From: the human T2T-CHM13v2.0 reference genome, Homo sapiens | Length of the DNA stretch: 64,000 nt | NCBI RefSeq assembly: GCF_009914755.1 | Contig: NC_060929.1 | Direction: 5' to 3' (one strand) | Shown here: positions 15,231 to 32,729 of the stretch, in pieces | How the letters are laid out: the number at the start of each line of letters is the position of its first letter | How positions within the stretch are numbered: position 1 is the first letter of the stretch | Position numbers and translations under genes: made by a program | The notes under the pieces: generated by a model | What the model was told of the DNA's origin: nothing | What the model saw: the letters and a program-made list of their open reading frames with translations, nothing else | The model's database searches: none

Positions 15231-16781
15231 CCGCATACACCCACTTCCCTATCCCCAGTCCCTCTCCACTGAGAACTTGATTTTTTCTTTTCAGTGCAAT
15301 TGGAAGAAAGAAAGCAGCCTCTATACAGCTTCCCAGTTGATATCAACTTTCATTTTCAGTTGCTCTAAAAGAATAATTGATGATGCCCAAATAAACACCT
15401 CTTTCAAATATTCAGGGAGGAGAATTGATTTAGCTCAGTTTGGATGAAGTTTCCATGTTCATCCAATCAACTGTGTTGATGTAAAGAGGGGAGAGTCACA
15501 TATCACAAAGAAGAATGCTGAGACCAGCCCTGTGATAAGAAAGAACATTTTCAGAGAAAGTAGGTTGGGGTGACATCAAACCAAATTACCTATGAGAATC
15601 TTTTTCCTCAGTGAAGAAGTTTCTTTTTTATTCTAGACTTTCTTTTTTTTCCTTTGTTTTTCTTATTTCCTTTAGATATTAAGCAGACATCTATGCCCAG
15701 CTTATTTTAAGTTTATTACGTTCTGAATTGACCCTTTGGATATTTACAGAAGGGATTTATGTTGGAAGAGCAAATGATTACTAGGGTCAACATGTGGAAA
15801 GGAGTGCCCACTCACCAAGGTTGGGCTACTGATACTGGACCACCAGTTTAGAAAATGAAATCCAGCCAGTTGTTGTTGTTGTTGTTTGGTGGTGCAGCCA
15901 AAAGGTATTGATCGAGATATGTCTGCTCAATTTTAGCTGATTGGAGTACATAATGAAATGTATTTCTTTCCTGATTAACTTTCAAAAGTTAAATTCTTTA
16001 GTTAAAAATAACGTTAATTTGTATAGTTTAATTTACACAGTAAGTTATTCACCTACCAAATATTCTGCATCACTATTTAGTCTGGCAAGAAGCATTTCAG
16101 AAGAAATTATAACTCTTACAAAATCAACATAGTGACAAATAAAATCAAAGGAAAAGTTGGTGACTTTCAGCTAAATGTGGTATGAAAAATAATCTAAATT
16201 TTTGTGGTTTGGGTGGACATGACAGGATTTGAGTGCTCTACTTGTCATCTCATCTTTGAAGAACACATATTTGAGAAGTTAGATGCAATCACTGACAAGA
16301 AGAATAACAAAATTAATCTGGCTTATGGAATGATGGACACATCTCAGACAGATCTGTTTGACAGAGTGTGTGAATTATTTGAATCTCTGAGTACCTGAAG
16401 CAGTAATCGATGCCAGAGAATTCATTGCTCTGGGCACGAACTTCCAAAGTACAGTAAATAGGAATATTTTCATGATATTTTACCTGTATTTTTACAACTC
16501 TAATTTCTTATTGTAATTAAAAGGCAACATAGAATAAGAATTTTTTTCTGTTACTAGCTTTACTATTTTAATTCATCTTATGTGACTACTGAGTTTTATA
16601 ATCCTAAAAATATGTGGTCTTTATTTTGATTAAACTATTAAAATGATAAATATTAAGGCAAAATGAATATAACACCTTACACGACTATGAACTTGTATTT
16701 GTTTACTAACTTTATCCAAGTGTGTTCATATAAAGCTTATTTTCTACTTATATATAAATTAGGTAAAAGGGTTATTATACG

Positions 16782-17085
<304 letters not shown>

Positions 17086-18352
17086 TTATTATACCCATTT
17101 CAGGGTTGAGACAAAGAACTTAACTTCCTAGAGCCATTCCACTAATTAGAATATCTGATACTAGACCTCATGTCTCCTTACCACAAGCTCTGTATTCTTT
17201 CTTCATTTAAACTCTACATTTTCTACATTAAACTATTCAACTTATTCAGACTGAAACTGAAAAAGTTGTGAATGTCCTGTCAATAACAATAATCAAATGT
17301 GAATGTGCACAGAAAAATATGTAATCTCTAAGTGAATTATTAATTTCAAAAAGAACTACCAACCTATGTTAATTGAATTTTTTTAATTTGTATCATTTAA
17401 AAGTATAAGTCTGCATATAGGCATTATAACATTGTATGAGATGTTAAATCTTTCTTCTGATTAAAACTGGAAGAACAAAACTAAAAAAATATATACCTTC
17501 ATCATATTCCTTTCTAAGCAGAACAGGCTATGTCTTAATTAGTCTGCCACTAAAATAATGCTTTTAAATAAAAATAGAGAAATTTGACTTTATTCTCTGG
17601 AATAATTTAAATAACAAAGGACTTCTTTAAAGTTATGATAGACCTTGACCTAATACATTTATGGGGACAGATAGCTAACAAAGCTTTCGATTTCTTGTAC
17701 TTTGTTGAACTAGTAAAATTAACAACTGCCTCTTGAGTCAATGTTACTTTTTATACTTTTCTAAAAGTCATTCCTTCCGTTATGTACATTTTCTCACTTA
17801 TTCTACAGGCATTTTGTTCTTTCTTTTTTCTTAGTTGAACTTGTCAGACATTTGTTTATTTTACTGCTCATTTTGAAATTCCATTTTAGGCTTTAATAAA
17901 AATTCTAATTTTTTGTTTTGTTGGCTAATCGAATTATTTCTTTGCTGCTATTTATCTCCTCCTCTTCATATTGTTTCTCTTTTTCAAGCTTATTGATTTA
18001 AATGTTTCCTGAGCTGAATACTTGGTTGACTTATTTTCAATCATTTTTGTTTAAAAATAAAATAAAGAGTCTTTGCTTGCCTATGGGCTGTGGTCCCACA
18101 TGCAGTGTTTTTATATATAGTGTTCTACTTTTCAATAATGCATGTATAACCTATAATCTCACTTTTGAATTCTTATTTGGTTGAATAATTATTTATACTG
18201 TTTTTCTTAAAGTTCCAAGTAACAGGAGATATTTTAAGTTAAATTTTCATTATTGGCATCTAAATGTATGACATCATGAGCAAAGAAAATTGATAAGAGC
18301 ACCAAATTTTTAGAACTTACTGAAATTTACTTTGCATACTAACACGTGATCA

Positions 18353-18688
<336 letters not shown>

Positions 18689-20504
18689 TCATTTATTTTT
18701 AGGTACAAAGTTAAAAATATAACTACTAAAGATTACTAACAGCCTCATTCAAATCTAAATGCTTGGTATTTATTCACTTGATCTCTCACAACCTGAGAGA
18801 AGTAGATTAAAATTCTTCACCATGCTTATGATTTCTTTTGGTCAATTCATTTATATATTCTGATGTTGAATTCCTAAAGGCATACATTTCATTACTGTAA
18901 CAAGCAAAAGAACTAATATATTAAGTAGGTCACTTTTAATTTCAAATAACAGAAGCAGATAATGCTATAGTAGAGTGCCCTGTACACAATTCAAAGTCAG
19001 AGAGATGGCTAGACCTCAAGAAGGTAATAGAATCAAAGACCTATAGCTACACAGAATTTATTTTTGCTTCTATCAATCTATTTCACTCTTCCATTTCTTT
19101 CTGCATGTATATGACATTACATGATGATACATGTGGCATGTGTACAGCACATGGAGGATGCTCCACTCACCACAGCTCCCAAGCACCAACCCTTCTGAAG
19201 TTACCTGTCAAGCTGTCTGAAACATAATCACTTCTTCTTTTTTGTAGTCTCGGAACAGGGATGCTGACTGACCCATCTTGGGTTAATTACGCACTCTGGT
19301 CCAATTAGCTGTGGCAGTGAGACTGGGCAAAATCACACTGTTCAAAGTAATTGCTGTTACCCAGTCTTGTCCATGGAAAGAGGAAGCCGTTGCCGGAGAA
19401 GAAGGGCTGGACAAACAACCGCTATGTGTGCCCTAGAGTAGGAAACCACTTTGAAGGCCTAAGATATATCCAAGGCATATAGTGAGAGTAATAAATTAAG
19501 TACATTTAGAAAAATGAAGATAAATATTATTCCAGAGCTGTCACTGACACTTCAAACAATGCAACTCAAAATATTTCTATGGAGAACATTTATAGTGATT
19601 CATATCCTCTCAACACAGTGGACAGCAAAAGAGAAAGAATAAAACAGAAAATAGAAGGGATATAATCACAGGAGAATTCTAAACACAACCAAAGAAAAGT
19701 TAGGAACAACACTATCTTGTAAATATTTCAAACCAGGCACACAGGCAAAGTAGTAAAAATAAATGACATCAGCAGTTAAAAGGAGAAAAGAATGGTAAAT
19801 GTTTGTGTCTTGCAGCTAATTTTATAATTTGGAATTTATATCAATTTTATTGATCTCATAATGCTGGCAAAATACAAGTCTTATAACACCTATATAACAC
19901 CTTATAACACCTATATAACCCCAGGTGTTATAGTCTTATAACAGCTATAAAACTCCAGAAGTTGATTGTCTAAAATCTCACCCACACAGGGGCAAAGATT
20001 TATATCTATATCCCAATAGATATATTTCTGAATGGTGCTCAGATGGGCTTAAATGAAAGATGACTTATTTAATAGTACTGAGTTTTATTATGCTACTAGT
20101 CTCTGACTAGCATTCATACTGAATTTAAAATAATGGACTATTTCCTTTTAGATTAGTATCAGAAACATAATTTATTGACTTGTAGATGACTCATTACAAA
20201 TAATAAATTTCAGTTGTAATAAATATAGTACTAGAGTCAGAAAATGAACTTTTTAGCTTATTAATATTTTATTTCTTTTTATAAATCTACAGGGAAGATG
20301 TAACTAATTTTTCAAAAATAGAAAAAGCAGAAGAAAATGAAAAACAGAATATATTTTCCTAAAAACAAGCATTTCAATAGCTCAATGGAATAAGGTAGCC
20401 TCCCCATGAGTGTATTGTGTCCGTTTATTAAGATTGAATATTCAAATAAGTTAATATAATTTAATTACATAAAATTGGTTGCATTTTAAAGTCTAAAAAT
20501 AACA

Positions 20505-20735
20505 TAGAGCAGACTCTGAGCAGAGTTTATCACGTAGAATATTTATTGGAGAATGTCCTTAGGATCAACATCTGTGGCGGGAAGGGAAGGAAGCAGGATT
20601 GGGCAGAAGGAGAAGTCAGGAGAAAACTCAAGAAAGCCTTGACTGACCCCACAAGATGGTTTTGGATCTGGAATGGCCTTCAGAATTACCCTGAATTGTC
20701 TTAAGATGTCCAGGCCTTCATACCCCTGCCTCAAT
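20505..20735. mobile_element. Old ERVL-type LTR fragment (LTR16-like)
   Basis: agcagactctgag...tttattggaga...ggaaggaagcaggattgggcagaaggagaagt resembles recalled LTR16/LTR33 text. Confidence 0.4.
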
Positions 20736-20876
20736 TAGGGGGCAATATATTTGCAACAGCCATTCTGGAGAGCAATTTAGTAGTATTTAATAGAACTGAG
20801 TAAGCACATAACTCTGTGACTTGCCATACTACTTGTTTGTGTGTGCTCCAGGAAAACTGAAGGGAATTGGAGTTTA

Positions 20877-21291
20877 TTATGGACTGAATGGCTTTCCCCT
20901 CAAAATTAATATGTTGAAGCTTCAACCTCCAACATGACTATATTTGGAGACAGTGCCTTAAGGGGGATAAGGTTAAATTAGGTCATATAAGTGGAGCTCT
21001 AATCCAATAGGACAAGTGTCCTTATAAGAAGAGGAAGAGACACCAAAGATCTCTCTCTCTCGCTCGCTCCGTCTCTCTCCCTCTGTGTCTGTCTCTCTCC
21101 CCTCTCTGGCTTGTAGAGGTCTCAGGTTTCCAATGAGACCTCTATAAGCCAGAGAGGCCTCAGTGGAACCACCCCTACTGAAATCTTGATCTTAAACATC
21201 TAGCCTCCAGAAATGTGAGAAAATAAATTCATGTTGTTTAAGCCACTCACTGTGTAGTATCCTGTTAAGGCAGCTCAAACTGACTAATACA
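20877..21291 (+). mobile_element. MaLR solo LTR (MLT1A/B-type)
   Basis: ttatggactgaatg...aaaattaatatgttgaag...ccttataagaagagg...ctagcctccagaaatgtgagaaaataaatt...ctgactaataca. Confidence 0.85.
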
Positions 21292-22557
21292 GCATCTATG
21301 TGTTGTCCAGCATTAGGGAACTGGATGAACAGAATGGGGTGGATGCATATGACAGTCCAATTCAGTGGTCAGAAATGATGAACTAGCTGATGATGATAGC
21401 AATAGCGGCAAACGTTGAATGCACTTCTAGGAAATGACAATAATACAACTAATATTTACTGAACACTTATTATCTGTCAAGCTTTTTTTTAACCTGCATT
21501 ATTTTCATTCAGTCCTATGTTGTCTCCATTATAGTGTATCTAAATGAAGAAACAGATATTGAGAGGTGTAATAATTTGTTCATAATAACATGGCTAAAAA
21601 ATCACAGAGCCAGGTTTTGAATGCAAGAATTCCAGTCTTGGGAGGAGGAGCCAAGATGGCCGAATAGGAACAGCTCCGGTCTACAGCTCCCAGCGTGAGC
21701 GACGCAGAAGACGGGTGATTTCTGCATTTCCATCTGAGGTACCGGGTTCATCTCACTAGGGAGTGCCAGAGAGTGGGCGCAGGCCAGTTGGTGCGCGCAC
21801 CGTGCGCGAGCCGAAGCAGGGTGAGGCATTGCCTCACCTGGGAAGCGCAAGGGGTCAGGGAGTTCCCTTTCCGAGTCAAAGAAAGGGGTGACAGACGCAC
21901 CTGGAAAATCGGGTCACTCCCACCCGAATATTGCGCTTTTCAGACCGGCTTAAAAAACGGCGCACCACGAGACTATATCCCACACCTGGCTCGGAGGGTC
22001 CTACGCCCACTGACTGTGCTAGCAATCTCGCTGATTGCTAGCACAGCAGTCTGAGATCAAACTGCAAGGCGGCAGCGAGGCTGGGGGAGGGGCGCCCGCC
22101 ATTGCCCAGGCTTGCTTAGGTAAACAAAGCAGCCGGGAAGCTCGAACTGGGTGGAGCCCACCACAGCTCAAGGAGGCCTGCCTGCCTCTGTAGGCTCCAC
22201 CCCTGGGGGCAGGGCACAGACAAACAAAAAGACAGCAGTAACCTCTGCAGACTTAAATGTCCCTGTCTGACAGCTTTGAAGAGAGCAGTGGTTCTCCCAG
22301 CACGCAGCTGGAGATCTGAGAACGGGCAGACTGCCTCCTCAAGTGGGTCCCTGACCCCTGACCCCCGAGCAGCCTAACTGGGAGGCACCCCCAAGCAGGG
22401 GCACACTGACACCTCACACGGCAGGGTATTCCAACAGACCTGCAGCTGAGGGTCCTGTCTGTTAGAAGGAAAACTAACAAACAGAAAGGACATCCACACC
22501 GAAAACCCATCTGTACATCACCATCATCAAAGACCAAAAGTAGATAAAACCACAAAG

Positions 22558-23571
22558 ATGGGGAAAAAACAGAACAGAAAAACTGGAAACTCAAAAACGC
22601 AGAGCACCTCTCCTCCTCCAAAGGAACGCAGTTCCTCACCAGCAACGGAACAAAGCTGGATGGAGAATGACTTTGACGAGCTGAGAGAAGGCTTCAGACG
22701 ATCAAATTACTCTGAGCTACGGGAGGACATTCAAACCAAAGGCAAAGAAGTTGAAAACTTTGAAAAAAATTTAGAAGAATGTATAACTAGAATAACCAAT
22801 ACAGAGAAGTGCTTAAAGGAGCTGACGGAGCTGAAAACCAAGGCTCGAGAACTACGTGAAGAATGCAGAAGCCTCAGGAGCCGATGCGATCAACTGGAAG
22901 AAAGGGTATCAGCAATGGAAGATGAAATGAATGAAATGAAGCGAGAAGGGAAGTTTAGAGAAAAAAGAATAAAAAGAAATGAGCAAAGCCTCCAAGAAAT
23001 ATGGGACTATGTGAAAAGACCAAATCTACATCTGATTGGTGTACCTGAAAGTGATGGGGAGAATAGAACCAAGTTGGAAAACACTCTGCAGGATATTATC
23101 CAGGAGAACTTCCCCAATCTAGCAAGGCAGGCCAATGTTCAGATTCAGGAAATACAGAGAACGCCACAAAGATACTCCTTGAGAAGAGCAACTCCAAGAC
23201 ACATAATTGGCAGATTCACCAAAGTTGAAATGAAGGAAAAAATGTTAAGGGCAGCCAGAGAGAAAGGTCAGGTTACCCAGAAAGGGAAGCCCATCAGACT
23301 AACAGCGGATCTCTCGGCAGAAACCCTACAAGCCAGAAGAGAGTGGGGGCCAATATTCAACATTCTTAAAGAAAAGAATTTTCAACCCAGGATTTCATAT
23401 CCAGCCAAACTAAGCTTCATAAGTGAAGGAGAAATGAAATACTTTACAGACAAGCAAATGCTGAGAGATTTTGTCACCACCAGGCCTGCCCTAAAAGAGC
23501 TCCTGAAGGAAGTGCTAAACATGGAAAGGAACAACCGGTACCAGCCGCTGCAAAATCATGCCAAATTGTAA
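22558..23571 (+). CDS. L1 ORF1p, open (337 aa)
   Basis: MGKKQNRKTGNSKTQS...RNNRYQPLQNHAKL; one-codon deletion (LREGFRR versus consensus LREEGFRR). Confidence 0.93.
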   Translation: MGKKQNRKTGNSKTQSTSPPPKERSSSPATEQSWMENDFDELREGFRRSNYSELREDIQTKGKEVENFEKNLEECITRITNTEKCLKELTELKTKARELREECRSLRSRCDQLEERVSAMEDEMNEMKREGKFREKRIKRNEQSLQEIWDYVKRPNLHLIGVPESDGENRTKLENTLQDIIQENFPNLARQANVQIQEIQRTPQRYSLRRATPRHIIGRFTKVEMKEKMLRAAREKGQVTQKGKPIRLTADLSAETLQARREWGPIFNILKEKNFQPRISYPAKLSFISEGEMKYFTDKQMLRDFVTTRPALKELLKEVLNMERNNRYQPLQNHAKL

Positions 23572-23607
23572 AGACCATCGAGACTAGGAAGAAACTGCAT
23601 CAACTAA

Positions 23608-27458
<3,851 letters not shown>

Positions 27459-27883
27459 ACAGTGAGATCACATGGACACAGGAAGGGGAATATCACACTC
27501 TGGGGACTGTGGTGGGGTGGGGGGAGGGGGGAGGGATAGCACTGGGAGATATACCTAATGCTAGATGACGAGTTAGTGGGTGCAGCGCACCAGCATGGCA
27601 CATGTATACATATGTAACTAACCTGCACAATGTGCACATGTACCCTAAAACTTAAAGTATAATAATAAAAAAATAAAAAATAAATAAAAAAATAAAAAAA
27701 AAAGAATTCCAGTCTTGAGAGATCATGCTTTTTATAACTACCTCAGGCATAGATCCTTTAATGGTTAAAAAAAAGAAAAAAAAGAAGAATGAAAGAAAAC
27801 AAGATCTATCATAATACTCTTTGTATAAATGTAAAGCACAGTAGTATATAAATTAATATCATATATATTTGAATGATACTGGC

Positions 27884-28195
27884 TGTGTCGGTTAATTGTA
27901 TATGTCAACTTAATTGAGCTAAGGGATACCCAGATAGCTGGTAAAACATTATTTCTGGGTGTGTCTGTGAAACTATCTCCAGAAGAGATTAGCATTTAAA
28001 TCAGTAGACTGAGTAAAGAAAATATGTCCTCACCAATATGGTGACATCATCCAATCACTTGAAAGCCCACCCAAATAAAACAAAAACAAAAACAAAACAA
28101 AAAAAAAGAGTGAGGAAGAGCAGATTTTTTTTCTCTTTCTCTCTCTTCTGGAGCTGGAACATCCATCTTCTCCTGTCAAATACCATGAGCTCCTG
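27884..28195 (+). mobile_element. MLT2 (ERVL) LTR fragment
   Basis: tgtgtcggttaatt...tgtcaactt...gggatacccagatagctggtaaaacattatttctgggtgtgtctgtg. Confidence 0.75.
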
Positions 28196-28619
28196 ATCTG
28201 GGCCCCCTCTTCTGCCTCACTCTTAAAACCCTTTTCTCTCTCCCTTAAACATTTTACAACATTTTCCCAACAGTACCTTCCTTCCCAGATCATCTTTCCT
28301 CATTCTGAATGTCTGCTTCTTCTTTCCTCAGCTTGGCTATGTCCTGCCCATTCTTCAGTCTGTGCTGAAACATCCTTTTTTTCGGAGAGATTATCTTGGC
28401 TCCCAAACCAGGTTAGCTCTTCATAGCATTTATCACAATTTTATTGTGTCTTTTTTGTGCCATTATGTGTTTTCCTGTCTTTCTTCCACCTAATCTGAGG
28501 GCATACATTTTATCTACCACTTCACCATCTCAAAGCCTAGCAGAGTGTTTAACATGTATTAGCTGCTCAGTTAATATTAAATGAATGAATTCCATAGTTG
28601 TAGTTTTTAAAAAATAGAT

Positions 28620-29134
28620 AGAAATATTTAGGCACTTTTCCCTTTAAGAGGCAGAATCTACGCTTTCTCCCTTTGAGTCTGGTGAGCTTGTGACTGCTGT
28701 GACAAAGAGTAGAAGTGACACATATGATTTTGAAAGCTAAGTCATAAATAGTAATGCACCTTCCTTCTGGCTCTCATGGTGTACTCTCTTTGGAGGAACT
28801 CATTCACTATGTGAGAATGCTGAAAACACTGTAAACACCATGCCTAAGAGGCCTTGTGTAGGCACCCTGAAAAACAGACCTGGCTAACTCCAGCCTTCCA
28901 CACAACTCTGCCAAGAAACCAGAGGATCAGTAACACCATAGTCGGCCCTTCACACCAGGCCATCCACTGGCTGAGTGCCACTAAATGACTCCAGTTGATG
29001 CTACAAAGAGCAGAATAATTGCTTAACTAGCCCTATCCAAATTTCTGATCTGAATATGTGTGCTATACTAAAAATGTTGTTGTAAACATCAGTAAGTTTG
29101 GGGTAGTTAGATTTGCAGCAATAGCAACTAGAAC
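28620..29134 (+). mobile_element. MaLR LTR (older MLT1 type)
   Basis: ccctttgagtctggtgagcttgtgactgc...taagtttggggtagtt...gcagcaatagcaactagaaca. Confidence 0.65.
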
Positions 29135-29914
29135 ACCTGGAGACTAGAGAAGAGTGATATAAAGAAACCCTGAAAATTGAGAGCACCTGTGTGTACCACC
29201 ATCTGAAAAATAAAAGAGAGTTACACATATACAATACAGCTACACATACTCTGGTAAAATTTTCACATTTCAAAGAAACCTAAAATTGCCAGGATTTCAG
29301 GTATAAGTCTGTCTCCTGCATTATAGAATGTTTAGCGCCTCTGGTTTCCAGATACTAATTCTAGTAAAGCCAGCAGGCATTGTGACAATCCATAGACATC
29401 CTTACACATTTGAAACTGTACAAATAATAAAACTCATTTTTCACTAATCTTACAAATTAAATTGCATTCTTTCTATAAACACAAACATTTGAAAAAGATA
29501 TTACAAGAATATGACATCATAGAATTTTCCAGCTATCTTAACCAAAAGCTTTTTGCAGCTTTGAAATTTTTAACACTTTGTTTTAGAAACTTCTTAGAAG
29601 AATTTTAAACTTATATCAGGACCTTGAGTGTGGTATCAGTGTATAGGTTCAGAATTGCAAGCCCAGGCAACTCCCTTTGGGAGATGAAGAGGGAAAAGAA
29701 AAATCTCTACCATTAGGAAGGATTTTTTGAGGTGCCAAATCCTGGTAATTTTCTTCTCAGCTTCATCTTGAAAAAGGAATACATTCTCATTACTACTTAA
29801 TTTTATATTACAAACTTGCAAGGTTTCAAAGCTATCAGAAATGCTCTGTAAAGCAAATCTCATTGCCACTCTAAGGAATATGCAATTACAGTAAAATTCA
29901 ATAAAACTTGTTTT

Positions 29915-31372
29915 AAGCTGGAGGCATCATGCTACCTGACTTCAAACTATACTACAAGGCTACAGTAACCAAAACAGCACGGTACTGGTACCAAAACAGA
30001 GATACAGACCAATGGAACAGAAGAGAGGCCTCAGAAATAATACCACACATCTACAACCACCTGATCTTTGACAAACCTGACAAAAACAAGAAATGGGGAA
30101 AGGATTCCCTATTTAATAAATGGTGCTGGGAAAACTGGCTAGCCATATGTAGAAAGCTGAAGCTGGATCCCTTCCTTACACCTTATACAAAAATTAACTC
30201 AAGATGGATTAAAGACTTAAATGTTAGACGTAAAACCATAAAAACCCTAGAGGAAAACCTAGGCAATACCGTTCAGGACATAGGCATGGGCAAGGACTTC
30301 ATGTCTAAAACACCAAAAGCAATGGCAACAAAAGCCAAAATTGACAAATGGGATCTAATTAAACTCAAGAGCTTCTGCACAGCAAAAGAAACTACCATCA
30401 GAGTGAACAGGCAACCTACAGAATGGGAGAAAATTTTTGCAATCCACCCATCTGACAAAGGGCTAATATCCAGAATCTACAAAGAACTCAAACAAATTTA
30501 CAAGAAAAAAACAAACAACCCCATCAAAAAGTGGGCGAAGGACATGAACAGACACTTCTCAAAAGAAGACATTTATGCAGCCAAAAAACACATGAAAAAA
30601 TGCTCATCATCACTGGCCATCAGAGAAATGCAAATCAAAACCACTATGAGATACCATCTCACACAAGTTAGAATGGCGATCATTAAAAAGTCAGGAAACA
30701 ACAAGTGCTGGAGAGGATGTGGAGACATAGGAACACTTTTACACTGTTGGTGGGACTTTAAACTAGTTCAACCATTGTGGAAGACAGTGTGGCGATTCCT
30801 CAAGGATCTAAAACTAGAAATACCATTTGACCCAACCATCCCATTACTGGGTATATACCCAAAGGATTATAAATCATGCTGCTATAAAGACACATGCACA
30901 CGTATGTTTATTGTGGCACTATTCACAATAACAAAGACTTGGAGCCAACCCATCAATGATAGACTGGATTAAGAAAATGTGGCACATATACACCATGGAA
31001 TACTATGCAGCCATAAAAAAGGATGAGTTCATGTCCTTTGTAGGGACATGGATGATGCTGGAAACCATCATTCTGAGCAAACTATCACAAGGACAGAAAA
31101 CCAAACACCGCATGTTCTCACTCATAGGTGGGAATTGAACACTGAGAACACTTGGACACAGGGTAGGGAACATCACACACTGGGGCCTGTCGTGGGGTCG
31201 GGGGAGGGGGGAGGGATAGCATTAGGAGATATACCTAATGTAAATGATGAGTTAATGGGTGCAGCACACCAACATGGCACATGTATACATATGTAACAAT
31301 CCTGCATGTTGTGCACATGTACCCTAGAACTTAAAGTATAACAAAATAAAAATAAAAAATAAAAAAATAAAA
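29915..31372 (+). mobile_element. 5'-truncated LINE-1, L1PA4/5-type
   Basis: ORF2 C-terminus (347-aa ORF), older-type 3'UTR (aatgtaaatgatgag), A-rich tail; TSD AATAAAACTTGTTTT at 29900-29914 and 31373-31387. Confidence 0.93.
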
Positions 31373-32729
31373 AATAAAACTTGTTTTTACCAAAATTGAG
31401 GAAATGGGCAATTCTGGATAGAGTTCTGTATATCATATTATGTATAGTGTAATACCTTACATTATTGCAACTTTTATCAGGACATTTTGGTCATCATATA
31501 TCTCAGCTATATTCTAGTCCCTTTGGCCTTATTTAAAGAACAAAATGTCCTTATTGGACAATATCTGTTTACTTTTGCTTGAAAACTTCAAGAATTATGA
31601 TAGGCTAGATCTCTAATGATGTGGCTGCAAATTGTGGAAGTCAAGAGTATAAACATCTTTGTTACTGTCTTGCTGTGTATTAGGGAAACCATCCCACCTC
31701 CCCCAAACTCATATCTTCGGACAGAAATTTTATTGGATGATTTGTTCTTTCTCTAGTACTCCTTATATCAAATAATAACATCAGCATTAGAGATGGTCCA
31801 AGTTACAAAATATGAAATCCACCAAAGTCCGCTCTCCCTGACCTCCAAATATTCATTCTATCACCAAGATTCAGCTTCTGCCTATCCCTAAAATTTTCTC
31901 TTCCTTTTTTAAAAGTTCAGACGTTTCACAACTACCCCTTCTATAAGCTCTGGTCCCACCAAAAGTTTCTTTCTAAAATACATACCTACTCATGCCAAAC
32001 CTTTGGTTAAAACATGTTGATGCCATCCTACTGCCATAAAAGTAAAGTCTATACCCCTTAGCCTGATATTCAAGGCTCATCACAAACCTGTCTTGTGGTC
32101 CTAGTCTTGTAAAGTTTACTTTTGGGCACTTCTAACCTTATCATCACCTACAATCAACCCTTAATCAAAACTCTGAGCTTTAACTTTGGCACGATGATTT
32201 TGATGGACTTTGTGGATTTTATTTTTAAGGAATTGACTTAGTGGACTTAACCCTGTTTTGTATCCTGACTTTTCCTGGCCCCATCAAATCTGACCAATAG
32301 AAAGAGCCATGCCTCCTCCCTTGACCACAAAAAAGGCATTTCTGAAATAACCAAATTCATCTGTATTCTTTTGAATAACCATTCACACAGCTTTTTTCTG
32401 AGCTCATTTTAAAGAAATGTTTACACTGGTCCATGGTTATAAAAACAGCGGATGTCAGTGAGAAAGCACAAGAGAGATCCTGAGAGATGCCTGCCTTCTC
32501 AGGAGTTTGTACAAAATTTTGATGCAGTCAATAGGGGGCGCTGCTCCTCTCTCCTCCTCGGCATCTCAAGCATTCCCAGCATACAAACTCTTGTCCCTAA
32601 ACTTCCAAGCCACACAAATAACAGGGAAGCTAGAAAAAGGTAAAAAATTGTCAGGGTGAGAAGGCAGGAGTCAGAAGCAGGGCCAGCTTCATGGGTGTGT
32701 GATAGCACAGAACCCCTACATAGAAAGGC

